A stretch of DNA of 64,000 nt from Promethearchaeota archaeon (GTDB taxonomy: Archaea > Asgardarchaeota > Lokiarchaeia > Sigyniarchaeales > SOKP01), in NCBI GenBank assembly GCA_018238625.1, contig JABCSY010000005.1, positions 1 to 64,000 on the forward strand, in the 5' to 3' direction. The notes under the pieces were generated by a model. The model did not search any database, was not told the origin of the DNA, and saw only the letters and a list, made by a program, of their open reading frames with translations. Shown here piece by piece: positions 1 through 9,709 of this stretch; position 1 is the first letter of the stretch; each line of letters opens with the position of its first letter. The position numbers were made by a program, and so were the translations under genes.

Positions 1-1
1 A

Positions 2-256
2 TGGATAAATTTTCCAAAGTGGATATCTGGAAATACGTTTGATAAAACTTCTCAATTATGGAATGATTTTGATACCATTGTTGATTTAAGAAATGAACTT
101 GTTCACTTCAAGGATTATGATTTTAAAGAATTCGTTGACCATCCATGTGGTATTAAAGTTGTTGGATTATATGAAATCGTTAATAAAAATAATGCAGAAT
201 TAGCATATAAAACTGCAATAAAAATGATGGATGAATTAAAAAAATTATTACGATAA
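2..256 (+). CDS. HEPN-domain protein, 3' part (truncated by window start)
   Basis: Frame +2 is open to TAA 254-256: ...WNDFDTIVDLRNELVHFK..., with an RxxxxH HEPN motif (RNELVH). Not in the ORF track. Confidence 0.6.
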   Translation, partial: WINFPKWISGNTFDKTSQLWNDFDTIVDLRNELVHFKDYDFKEFVDHPCGIKVVGLYEIVNKNNAELAYKTAIKMMDELKKLLR

Positions 257-363
257 TTGTTGAGGGGATAGATACGGTCAAACCAAATTTTTCAGAAGGA
301 CAATTACAACAATTAGTTAATAATGAAATTGTAATAAACTTACTTCAGAGCGAAAATAAATAT

Positions 364-798
364 GTGATTCCAAAAATACCTAGTCTTCCTGAAGAATACA
401 AACTGGGATGGGATACAGGATTTTATTTTCCGTGGTTAGGAATACCCCATAATCCAAAGCATAAAGGATGTAATTTCTTTCTCCAATATAAGATTTCAAG
501 TGAAATAGGGAAAAAAGGTAATCAATATTCATATTGGAGTGCACCATATTATAGATTCCAAATACCATATACAACAAAAGAGAATGGAAATTATGTTTAT
601 GATGATTTTCAATACTATAGTAATATTCATAAAGTAAAATTCTTTACGGATCTGACAAAAAATTATGATAATTTTATCGAATTGGTTTTTTTATTAGAAG
701 GTCTTTTGCAAAGAAAGATAGATTTACTCACAATTGAAGCTCTCAATCCTTATATGAAGCCCAAAATATTAAAGGAGGCTTATTTTGAATCGATCTAA
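364..798 (+). pseudogene. Chimeric ORF ending in the C-terminal half of an MNT (minimal nucleotidyltransferase) antitoxin
   Basis: C-terminus YDNFIELVFLLEGLLQRKIDLLTIEALNPYMKPKILKEA fits MNT antitoxins and overlaps the downstream DUF86 start. The GS...DxD catalytic motif is absent and the N-terminal part looks unrelated. Confidence 0.55.
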
Positions 799-1129
799 CG
801 ATTATTTGGACAAAATCAATCACATTAATGATGAACTTAAATATTTAATAACCATATCAAAAGAATTAACGCATGATGAGTTTATTAAAGATGAAACGCT
901 AAAAAGAGCATTTGTTAGAAGCTTGGAGATTATTGGAGAAGCAGTAAAAAGAATTCCTAAACAAATATGTGAACAATACAGACAGATCGAATGGAATAAA
1001 ATTGCGGGAATGAGAGATAAACTAATCCATCACTATTTTGGGGTTGATTATGACTTAGTTTGGGATATAATTGAAAACCATATTCCAAAATTAAAAGAAA
1101 CAATCAAATTAATTCTTAATGGAGAATAA
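785..1129 (+). CDS. HepT-like (DUF86) HEPN RNase toxin
   Basis: RSLEIIGEA and W..IAGMRDKLIHHYFGVD motifs, with RxxxxHxY intact. Confidence 0.9.
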   Translation: MNRSNDYLDKINHINDELKYLITISKELTHDEFIKDETLKRAFVRSLEIIGEAVKRIPKQICEQYRQIEWNKIAGMRDKLIHHYFGVDYDLVWDIIENHIPKLKETIKLILNGE

Positions 1130-1153
1130 CTAATATTAAAGAAGTGAAAAAGA

Positions 1154-1999
1154 TTGAATTTTGAAACGATAAATTTTGAACTGAAACCAAATGGCATTGG
1201 TATTATAATGCTCAATCGTCCAGAGAAATTAAATGCTATTTCTTTTCAAATGGAGGAAGACTTGCATGAATTATTAGACCATTTAATGACAAATTTGGAT
1301 TGTCGTGTAGTGATTTTTGGGGGAATGGGACGCGCATTCTGTGCTGGAACTGATTTACAAGAAGGATTAATTTTAAATACAAAGAAGATCCCCGTAGGCT
1401 ATGAAAAATACTACTTTTTAAACGTTCCAGAGCCGTTAAAAAAGAAAATGTATCATCAATGGCGTATAAGTCAAATTTACGTGAAAATGCGAAAAATAAG
1501 TCAACCAATAATTGCAATTGTACACGGAGCAGCAGCAGGCGGAGGATTTGGATTCGCAATGGCGGCAGATATGCGGATTGCCAGCGAAGATGTAAAATTT
1601 ATTAACGCCTCCATTAATATTGGACTTACTGGTGCAGATGTAGGAGGTAGTTATTTTCTTCCTCGACTTATTGGAATGTCAAGAGCAGCTGAAATATTAT
1701 ACAGTGGGAAGATTGTTGACGGTATTGAAGCTGAAAAAATAGGATTAGTTCTAAAAGTTGTTAAAAAGGAAAATTTGTTAAAAGTCGCAATAGAAAAGGC
1801 AGAAGAATTGTTAAAAAAAAGCCCGTTGGGATTGAGAATGACCAAACAAGCGATTAATTTATCTTTAGATTCCCCAAGCTTAGAAACCATACTACAATTT
1901 GAAAACTCTTCAATAGTTTTAACATTCAGTTCAAAAGACGTAAATGAAGCTTCTGCAGCCTTTTTTGAGAAACGAGATCCTAAATTTCCATTACGCTAA
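1154..1999 (+). CDS. Enoyl-CoA hydratase/isomerase (crotonase) family protein
   Basis: LNRPEKLNA, AFCAGTDL, GAAAGGG...AADMRIA and C-terminal AFFEKRDPKF. Confidence 0.92.
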   Translation: MNFETINFELKPNGIGIIMLNRPEKLNAISFQMEEDLHELLDHLMTNLDCRVVIFGGMGRAFCAGTDLQEGLILNTKKIPVGYEKYYFLNVPEPLKKKMYHQWRISQIYVKMRKISQPIIAIVHGAAAGGGFGFAMAADMRIASEDVKFINASINIGLTGADVGGSYFLPRLIGMSRAAEILYSGKIVDGIEAEKIGLVLKVVKKENLLKVAIEKAEELLKKSPLGLRMTKQAINLSLDSPSLETILQFENSSIVLTFSSKDVNEASAAFFEKRDPKFPLR

Positions 2000-2030
2000 A
2001 AGAAAAAAAAAATAAAGAAGAATAAATATT

Positions 2031-2531
2031 TTATTCTTTAATTTGCAATTTGTATTTAATTGGAGTAGGTCCATCGAAATTATAAATAACTGGGCAATGA
2101 GTAAATACTTTTTCCATCATTTCTTCTACTTTTTCTTTAGGAGCATCTGCTTTAATTCTAATGATAGGTTCAAGCTTATCATAACCTGGAGGTATATTAT
2201 CATCAATTCCAAAAATACCTGCGAGATTTAGGTGACCTCTTGAATTCACAGTCATTGATTCGATTTTTATATCCATAATTAACGCCCAAAATCGAGTTAC
2301 TGCTATAATACATGCGCCGATCGATCCTAAAATTGCTAATAATGGTGATGCTCCTTTATCTGTACCATCTAAACCTATAGGAGCATCAATTAAAACTTCG
2401 TGTTTTGAAGCCCCCATAGTAACTTTGGTTTGCATCCCCTCATGTAGCATTTCACAACTTATATTAAAATTTTTTTCACCGTTTTTAACATCTTCTTTTA
2501 TTGCTTCGTAAGTTTCTTTAAAACTTGGCAT
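2031..2531 (-). CDS. OsmC/Ohr family protein
   Basis: DAP..LDGTDKGASP, GAC and HCPV Cys pair. Confidence 0.88.
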   Translation of the reverse strand: MPSFKETYEAIKEDVKNGEKNFNISCEMLHEGMQTKVTMGASKHEVLIDAPIGLDGTDKGASPLLAILGSIGACIIAVTRFWALIMDIKIESMTVNSRGHLNLAGIFGIDDNIPPGYDKLEPIIRIKADAPKEKVEEMMEKVFTHCPVIYNFDGPTPIKYKLQIKE

Positions 2532-2635
2532 TTTTTATCACTTTTCCTTTTATTATGCTATTTATATTAAATCATTATTCATAATTTAAAATATTAAATA
2601 ATAGAATTTAGAATTTGATTTAAATTTTCTCTCAT

Positions 2636-2716
2636 TTGAATAGCGAATATAACTGGTTTTTTTACAAGGAACAAAACCACATCGCCATCAACAGCAACCT
2701 TGTATTGTTAGACCAG
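2636..2716. other. Imperfect palindromic / structured non-coding element downstream of the LRR gene
   Basis: Nested complementary arms CTGGT/ACCAG and TACAAGG/CCTTGTA. An alternative fold on the minus strand pairs TTGATGGCGA with TCGCTATTCAA. Confidence 0.4.
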
Positions 2717-2735
2717 AAAAAATATAATAATAAAC

Positions 2736-3323
2736 TTAAATCTTTTTCTTTTGATTCTTAATACAGAACCTAACAAATAGTTTTGGATTGTTAGCATATC
2801 CATTACTGCTAATTCCCCCGCAATTCTCTAAGACTTCGTGAGGAATGGGATTGTTTCCGATTCTTAATTCTATTAAATTTATGAGGTTCTCGAGTCCCTT
2901 GACTTCAGAAATGTTATTTCCAAAGAGATTTAATTTTCTTAATTCAATTAGCCGTTCTAAACCCTTTATTTCTGATATTTGATTATCTTCGAAAGATAAA
3001 TTTTGCAGGTTATTTAATTTGGAAAGCCCCTTAATTTCTTCAATTTTATTTTCAGAAAGAAATAGCGTATCTAATTTGGCCAAAGGATATAAATTCTTAA
3101 TTTCTTTTATCTCGTTTCCATAGAGATTCAATTTTTCTAAATTTATTAGATTATCCAAATCTCTAATTTCAGAAATCTTGTTATTAAAGAGATATAAAGC
3201 CTTTAAATTTAAAAGCCCTTTAAGCCCAATTATTTTTGATATTTCTTCAATTCCGTGATTACCCAAAATTAAAGCGTTATCAGAAACTTCGAATTTCTGT
3301 CCTTGGTAGGTTATAAATTGCAT
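2736..3323 (-). CDS. SDS22-like leucine-rich repeat protein
   Basis: 22-aa repeats LxxLxLxxNxIxEIxGL. Confidence 0.92.
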   Translation of the reverse strand: MQFITYQGQKFEVSDNALILGNHGIEEISKIIGLKGLLNLKALYLFNNKISEIRDLDNLINLEKLNLYGNEIKEIKNLYPLAKLDTLFLSENKIEEIKGLSKLNNLQNLSFEDNQISEIKGLERLIELRKLNLFGNNISEVKGLENLINLIELRIGNNPIPHEVLENCGGISSNGYANNPKLFVRFCIKNQKKKI

Positions 3324-3416
3324 TTTATCTTAACTTTTAATTCATTTTACTAAAGCTTACTATATAACTTTTTATTAAACGAAGTATAAAATAATTTATA
3401 TTTAGAAAGGTGAATT

Positions 3417-4772
3417 ATGTTGGAAGAAGTTAAAAAAGCGCCAAAATTAAAGAGAAGAGTGTCATTATTCGGCGTAACCGTCTACGGCGTTGGGAATGTC
3501 TTAGGGGCCGGTATATATGCCTTAATAGGCGAGGTTGTAGGAATTACTGGAAACCTCTCTTGGTTGGCCTTCGTATTAGCTTCGATTACTGGAGCTTTAA
3601 CAGGCCTATCATACGCTGAGCTTTCTTCTATGTATCCTAAAAGTGCTGCTGAATTTGTTTACACTGAAGAGGCTTTTAAAATTCGAATTTTATCGTTTCT
3701 ATTAGGGTGGATAATTATCTTTTCAGGTATACTCTCAGCGGCAACCGTCGCGTTAGGTTTTGCCAATTATTTGGCTGCTTTAATTGGAATTCCATCGATC
3801 ATACTTACAGTAATATTTGCTGCTTTACTAATAGTAATTCTTAGCCTTGTAAACTTCATTGGTATCAAAGCTTCCACGTGGACTAATATCTTATTTACGT
3901 TTATTGAAGCAGCCGGGCTCATTTTAATCATTATAATTGGTATCCCACATTTTGGATCGGTCAATTATTTAGAGCTCCCTATAGGAAGTTCGTTTACCGT
4001 AGTTTTTTCGGCGGTTGCTTTAATATTTTTCGCCTACATTGGATTTGAAGATATCGCAAACATTGCTGAAGAAGTCAAGAATCCCACTAAAAACCTTCCT
4101 AAAGCTATAATTTATTCGATTATTATTACCACTGTTTTGTATTGTTTAACTGCCATCTCAATAGTTAGCATATTGCCCTATAGTGAAATCGCAGACTCTC
4201 CAGCCCCTTTGAACGCTGTAACTACTGCTGTTTTAGGTCCTATTGGAGGGATAATAATGTCTTTTATAGCACTATTCGCTACGGCAAATACCGTATTAAT
4301 AATGATGATTGTCACCTCGAGAATGATGTACGGTATGGCTAGAGATAAAGCGTTGCCAGAAGGCTTAAGCAAAATATCACCAAAATATAGAACGCCTGCT
4401 TTAGCCGTTTTAATAACAATGATTTTAACGATGGTGCCGCTATTTCTTGGAGATATCTCTATAGTTGCGAACGCTACTGTTTTTGGCGTACTCATTACCT
4501 TTTTCTTGGTGAACCTTAGCTTAATAGCTTTAAGAAGGAAGAAACCTGACCTTGAAAGACCTTTTAAACTAAAGCCTAATTTTGGATGGGTGCCGATAAT
4601 TGCGCTCTTAGGTTGTATCGTCTGTTTCGGATTACTCTTTACGTTTAACCTATTAATCGTTGTTATACAATTGATTATCGTTTTATGTGGAGTAGTAGTT
4701 TTTTACGCAATGAAATCAAAAATAGAAACAAAGACAAGTCGATTCATTCAAAAAATAGATACTGATAATTAA
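3417..4772 (+). CDS. APC family amino acid permease
   Basis: G.GIYAL, SYAELSSMYP, FAYIGFE...AEEVKNP; about 12 TM segments. Confidence 0.92.
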   Translation: MLEEVKKAPKLKRRVSLFGVTVYGVGNVLGAGIYALIGEVVGITGNLSWLAFVLASITGALTGLSYAELSSMYPKSAAEFVYTEEAFKIRILSFLLGWIIIFSGILSAATVALGFANYLAALIGIPSIILTVIFAALLIVILSLVNFIGIKASTWTNILFTFIEAAGLILIIIIGIPHFGSVNYLELPIGSSFTVVFSAVALIFFAYIGFEDIANIAEEVKNPTKNLPKAIIYSIIITTVLYCLTAISIVSILPYSEIADSPAPLNAVTTAVLGPIGGIIMSFIALFATANTVLIMMIVTSRMMYGMARDKALPEGLSKISPKYRTPALAVLITMILTMVPLFLGDISIVANATVFGVLITFFLVNLSLIALRRKKPDLERPFKLKPNFGWVPIIALLGCIVCFGLLFTFNLLIVVIQLIIVLCGVVVFYAMKSKIETKTSRFIQKIDTDN

Positions 4773-4775
4773 AAA

Positions 4776-4919
4776 TTAACTATATTTTTCTTTCCATTTT
4801 TTTTGTTTTTCTTCTGTATCTCCTTTCATTTTGCAAACTTTGTGAATTTGATCTTGCATTTCCCATTGTTTTTCTAACTCGTCTTCAAGATCGTCTTCTC
4901 TATTATCATCATCGTCCAT
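4776..4919 (-). CDS. Small 47-aa protein with acidic N-half and basic C-half (not in ORF track)
   Basis: MDDDDNREDDLEDELEKQWEMQDQIHKVCKMKGDTEEKQKKWKEKYS*, preceded by a GGTGA RBS-like motif. Confidence 0.55.
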   Translation of the reverse strand: MDDDDNREDDLEDELEKQWEMQDQIHKVCKMKGDTEEKQKKWKEKYS

Positions 4920-5065
4920 ATAAGTTCACCATACTTAATAATCATTGAACATGCTTAAATTTTTACTTTTCGATAAATATTGTCAGAACTAAAAGTTTTT
5001 AAGAACAATTATGATCTTTTAGATTATTATAATCCAATAATATAATATCATAAGGTCATAGAGTT

Positions 5066-6340
5066 ATGATTTCAAAATATCAAGTAACAGTTATTCCACA
5101 AGAAGATTATAATTCTCCGGAGATTTCTGAAAAGCTCGGAGAATATTTTGATAAAAATGGATATCTTTTTGAAGAAAAATCCGTATTAATAAAACCTTCA
5201 TTTGTCTTCCCTATTGGTGATTCCCAAAAAGCAATTGCGATTAACACACACGTAAACTTGGTTGCAGGTATTGCAAAAGCACTATCAGATCGTGGTGCCC
5301 GAAAAATTTTAATTGCTGAAAATCGTACTATGGGAACGGCAAGATATGCTTTTAATAGAGTAGGAATTAAGAAAGTAGTAAAAGGAATTAGAAATGTCAA
5401 ATTTTGTTATTTGGATGAAAAGAAAAGAAAAAACATCTTTGTAAAAGAGCCATTTATTAGCAACCATGTAATCAAGTACCCAAAATTATTGGTAGATGGA
5501 TCAATTGATTATTTCATTTCTGTCCCTAAATTGAAGGGAAACCTCTATACAGATGTTACTTTAAGTGTAAAGAATAATTTTGGCTTAATCTCAAAAAAAG
5601 AACGATTAAAATATCATGACGACCGATTACATGATCATCTTTCTGACATCGCGCTTATTCGCCAGCCAGATTTAATCATCACTGATACTATTATATCGGG
5701 TGAGGGAAATGGGCCCGCTGAAGTGAAGCCAATTAAAACCCAAATGATGATTGTTGGTGATAATTGTTTGGCGGTTGATGTTACATGTTGTTATTTAATT
5801 GGAAAGGATCCTAAAGAGGTTCAGCATTTGAAAAATTTAGCTGAAAGAGGAATAGGCCCTTTAAACATTAATGATATTGAGATAGTTAACAGAGATTATT
5901 TAGAGGTTAAAAAATGTAATTTTGTCGATCAAGATAGGAGTCTTAAAGTGCATCCGTCTCTAACTATTTATCAAGGGAAAGAAGTTTGCATCTCTGGTTG
6001 CCCTGCATTCCTGAGATCTTATTTAGATGCTTATGGAAAAAATTTAGGATGGGAAATTCTGAGTGGAATGACAATTATCGTGGGAAAAGATCTCAATATT
6101 CCTGAAAAAGAACTGGAAAAGTTGGAGAAACGAAAAACAATAGTATATGGAGATTGTGCGGAGCAATATAAGAAGTATGGTGTGTTCTTTAAGGGGTGTC
6201 CACCGGATTATGTCAAAGCAATGTTTAAGATTTCAACACGTACCACATTACCTAATATTCCCTACTTTAAATATATGTCATACCCAAAATACTTAACAAC
6301 ATGGATAGTGCACCTGTTTCAGAGGATTTTAAGATTCTAA
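5066..6340 (+). CDS. DUF362 domain Fe-S protein
   Basis: VLIKPS, FISVPKLK, TLSVKNNFG, GEGNGP, AVD motifs; C-terminal CISGC/GDC/GCPP. Confidence 0.85.
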   Translation: MISKYQVTVIPQEDYNSPEISEKLGEYFDKNGYLFEEKSVLIKPSFVFPIGDSQKAIAINTHVNLVAGIAKALSDRGARKILIAENRTMGTARYAFNRVGIKKVVKGIRNVKFCYLDEKKRKNIFVKEPFISNHVIKYPKLLVDGSIDYFISVPKLKGNLYTDVTLSVKNNFGLISKKERLKYHDDRLHDHLSDIALIRQPDLIITDTIISGEGNGPAEVKPIKTQMMIVGDNCLAVDVTCCYLIGKDPKEVQHLKNLAERGIGPLNINDIEIVNRDYLEVKKCNFVDQDRSLKVHPSLTIYQGKEVCISGCPAFLRSYLDAYGKNLGWEILSGMTIIVGKDLNIPEKELEKLEKRKTIVYGDCAEQYKKYGVFFKGCPPDYVKAMFKISTRTTLPNIPYFKYMSYPKYLTTWIVHLFQRILRF

Positions 6341-6391
6341 CCTATCGTTGCTTCCTATTGCATCTAAAATCGTGCATGATATCGAATTCTT

Positions 6392-7525
6392 TCACTCTTT
6401 TTTCAACGCTTCTAAAAGATAATCGGTTATGTATTTAGTTTTATATTCAGATTGAGTTTTGTAATTTACGTACCTATAATTGAACACGCATAAGGGACAC
6501 GATGTAATTATCTCTTGAGTTTCTAATTCGTCAAAAATTTTCTTACCGATTTTTATAGATAAACTACTATCAACCCCTCTAATTCCAGAACCAGCCCCAC
6601 AACACGCAGTTAATTCTCGATTTGCCTTGAGCTCGTTAACTGTAGAACACAGATTTAATAATTCTCGGGGTTCGTCGTAAACATCAATGTTTTTAATTTT
6701 TCTTCCTGTCCTACAAGAATCATGGTAAGTAACTGTATCGTTAGATTGCTCAAATTTCAATTTACCATTCTTTTCTAATTCGTGAATAACTTGGATGACG
6801 TGCTTAACTGGAATATCGTAATTTTGAAGGTATTTTGGATAAAGGTTATTAAATGCGTAAAAGCACCCGCCACAAGTAGTAATAATGTTTTTAATACCGT
6901 GTTGCTTGAAGAGCTCAAAATTTTCACTAAAGATTTTTAAAGCAAAGTCTAATTTACCCGCGGAATAAGCGTATTCTCCACAACAAGGTTCCTTTTCAAA
7001 TATCTTAAAATCGAAATTACCTTCTTTTAAAAGCTCGTAAGAAGCGCTTGCGCTTTCCTTTACTCGAAACGATGACATGCAACCCAAGAATAACAACGTA
7101 TCTGAATCTCCTGCCTCAAAAGTTTCAGATTTCCTATACTTTTCTGGCATCCAGTCCAGTCTTTCTTCTCGCTTACCACTAACGGAATTATCTTGTTCTT
7201 CAATATTTTTTATTATTTTGTTATGGTTTTCAAGAGGACCTAAACCCATTTCTACTAGCTTTATTTTGGAAGAGTGTATTGCGTCAGCAATGTGAATGCT
7301 TTGTTGACATATAAGATCGCACAATCCACATAGCGTACAAGTGTAGATGCTCTTAACCTCCTCTTGAGTAACATCCTGATTACTAAATATTTTATCAACG
7401 ATTTTCAACCTCCCATTTGGGGATAGAAGTTCGTTCTGAGTAACTGCGAAAGTATCGCACACATCCAAACATACCATACAATCAATACACGATTGTACCT
7501 CTGCTATTATCTTTTCTTCGTCCAT
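6392..7525 (-). CDS. Fe-S oxidoreductase, HdrD/GlpC-like (two 4Fe-4S motifs plus two CCG domains)
   Basis: CxxCxxCxxxC twice, CCGE, CGGC, YHDSC, CCGAG, SCPLC. Confidence 0.9.
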   Translation of the reverse strand: MDEEKIIAEVQSCIDCMVCLDVCDTFAVTQNELLSPNGRLKIVDKIFSNQDVTQEEVKSIYTCTLCGLCDLICQQSIHIADAIHSSKIKLVEMGLGPLENHNKIIKNIEEQDNSVSGKREERLDWMPEKYRKSETFEAGDSDTLLFLGCMSSFRVKESASASYELLKEGNFDFKIFEKEPCCGEYAYSAGKLDFALKIFSENFELFKQHGIKNIITTCGGCFYAFNNLYPKYLQNYDIPVKHVIQVIHELEKNGKLKFEQSNDTVTYHDSCRTGRKIKNIDVYDEPRELLNLCSTVNELKANRELTACCGAGSGIRGVDSSLSIKIGKKIFDELETQEIITSCPLCVFNYRYVNYKTQSEYKTKYITDYLLEALKKE

Positions 7526-8283
7526 TATTCATCAAGATAGTCGTATAATTTATCTATAATACAATAACCCATAATATCGTCTCTTAAATAAATTTGAAAA
7601 GGTAAATCCAAATTTCTATAAGGCTTTAATATGCTTAATAATATAATATGTTCTGGTTTTTGAAATTTTTCTTTATATTCATCACCAACCCCTTCAGAAT
7701 ATTGATATTGTTGCAGCACAAAGTTTCCTGTAAACTCATTTTTTCTCAGAAACGAAATGATTTTATCGATGTCGCTTGGTTTCATTAAATTTTCTACGTA
7801 AGTGGTCCTTACTTCAAAATCAATATCCTCGCGTTTATTAACGAGGTTAAAAGTCTCAATTATAGGATCAGCATCCATTAGACTCCCCGTAATCTTCCTT
7901 AATCTTTTCTTGTTTAACGGTCCTTTTAAATCTAAAGCTATTCTGTTGATATATGGTAATAATTTGGATATCATTATAGGATTCGTCCCATTTGTGTCTA
8001 TACTGATGTATTTTCCAATTTTTTTTATTTCTTCGCACAATTTAAGTAAATCTTTTTGGAGCGTAGGTTCTCCACCTGAAATGCTAACTCCACTCACTAA
8101 CATATTACTTTTGATTTGTTCCAGCAATTTTGAAACCCCCATCTCCCTTCCTACGCTTTCGTGCAATAAATACTTATTATGACAAAAACTACAGTTTAAA
8201 TTACAACCTACGGTGAAAACCACCATTGTAGATTTGTTTGGGATGTCTTTAGTTGATATATCGATAATTCCACCGACTCTCAT
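7525..8283 (-). CDS. Radical SAM activase, anaerobic ribonucleotide reductase activating protein-like
   Basis: GCNLNCSFCHN, SGGEPTLQ, DTNG, EVRTT; abuts the Fe-S oxidoreductase start. Confidence 0.85.
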   Translation of the reverse strand: MRVGGIIDISTKDIPNKSTMVVFTVGCNLNCSFCHNKYLLHESVGREMGVSKLLEQIKSNMLVSGVSISGGEPTLQKDLLKLCEEIKKIGKYISIDTNGTNPIMISKLLPYINRIALDLKGPLNKKRLRKITGSLMDADPIIETFNLVNKREDIDFEVRTTYVENLMKPSDIDKIISFLRKNEFTGNFVLQQYQYSEGVGDEYKEKFQKPEHIILLSILKPYRNLDLPFQIYLRDDIMGYCIIDKLYDYLDE

Positions 8284-8412
8284 TAATAATTACCAATTTG
8301 TTGTTTTGATTTAATTAATATCCTAAAACATGTTTTTTAAAATGTACATCAAATTTAAAAAATAATCTTTTATTTTAGATGTTATTAGGTATTATATTAA
8401 TTAAATCTAAAT

Positions 8413-9642
8413 GTGATGAATTTGGAAGGACATATTAATTTTGAGGATTTGAATTTTGAGTATGGATATTCGTGTATGCCAAATAGATTGCACTTCTATA
8501 CTAAGGAAGAAAACGAATTTCGAATGGAAGTTCGAGAATGGTGTAAAAAACATGTTGAACCAGTTGTTGAAAAAATAGATAGAGAGAGGAACAAAGAATT
8601 AGCAGTAGAAGTGTTACGCAAAATGAAACCCTACTTGAATATTATTATCCCAAAAGAAGTTGGGGGTCTTGGGAAAGGTATTTTATATCGAACAATCTTT
8701 GGTGAAGAACTTTCAGCTTTTAGCTACGCTTTGGCAAGTATCTTTGGCGCTTCATCTTGTTTATTCGCAGGACCGATTATAGAATTCGGAACCCAAGAGC
8801 AAAAAGAGAAATATCTCACGGGAATAGCTGATGGAACGAAAATAGGTGCTATTGGCATAACGGAACCCACAGGTGGTTCTGACGCAATTGGGGGGATGAG
8901 ATTAAAAGCGATAAAGGAAGGCGACCACTATATTCTCAACGGCGAGAAATGTTTCATAACAAACGGTAGCGTTGCCGATTACATATGTTTGTACGCAAAA
9001 ACCAATGATCAAGTTAAGGCGCATCAAGGTATTACCGCGTTTATATTCGAGACGGACACTCCCGGTTTTGAGGTAGTTAAAGATTATAAGCACATGGGGC
9101 GCAGAGGAATGCCTAATTCTTATCTTCGATTTAATAATTGTGAAGTACCCGTTGAAAACATACTTCAAAGGGAGAATGAAGGCATAGAAGTGTTGTTGTT
9201 TGGTCTAGACGGTGAAAGAACTTTTACTGCTTCTCAATACCTTGGGCTTGCAAGAAGCGCCTTAGAAGTTTCTTATAAATATTCCCATAAACGAGTACAA
9301 TTTAAGAAGACAATTTACTCTTTTGAGGGTATTTCTTTCAAACTCAGTGAAATGTTTATGGATATAGAACTGAATAGGATGGCAATAGCACAAATTGCTA
9401 GAATGCTTGATGACGGACATAATTGCAGAGCGTTGGTAGCAGCTGTTAAAGCTCGGATTGCCGACGCTATGGTAAGAATAACTCAAGATGCAATTCAAGT
9501 TGTTGGCGGTCTTGGATACTCCGAAGAATATCCTCTAGAACGTTATTACCGGGATGCAAAAATTGGACAAATCTCAGCGGGTACTGTAGAGATTATGAAA
9601 TATATCATTTCAAGAGAAATGATAAGAATGTGGGGCAAATAA
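8413..9642 (+). CDS. Acyl-CoA dehydrogenase
   Basis: ITEP.GGSD, LNGEKCFITNG, R.QF, GGLGY.EEYPLERYYRDAK. Confidence 0.95.
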   Translation: MMNLEGHINFEDLNFEYGYSCMPNRLHFYTKEENEFRMEVREWCKKHVEPVVEKIDRERNKELAVEVLRKMKPYLNIIIPKEVGGLGKGILYRTIFGEELSAFSYALASIFGASSCLFAGPIIEFGTQEQKEKYLTGIADGTKIGAIGITEPTGGSDAIGGMRLKAIKEGDHYILNGEKCFITNGSVADYICLYAKTNDQVKAHQGITAFIFETDTPGFEVVKDYKHMGRRGMPNSYLRFNNCEVPVENILQRENEGIEVLLFGLDGERTFTASQYLGLARSALEVSYKYSHKRVQFKKTIYSFEGISFKLSEMFMDIELNRMAIAQIARMLDDGHNCRALVAAVKARIADAMVRITQDAIQVVGGLGYSEEYPLERYYRDAKIGQISAGTVEIMKYIISREMIRMWGK

Positions 9643-9709
9643 GTTAAATAGTAATCTCTCCACATAAATCAACTTTTGAAATTCTTTTATTTTATCTTAT
9701 TTAATAAAT

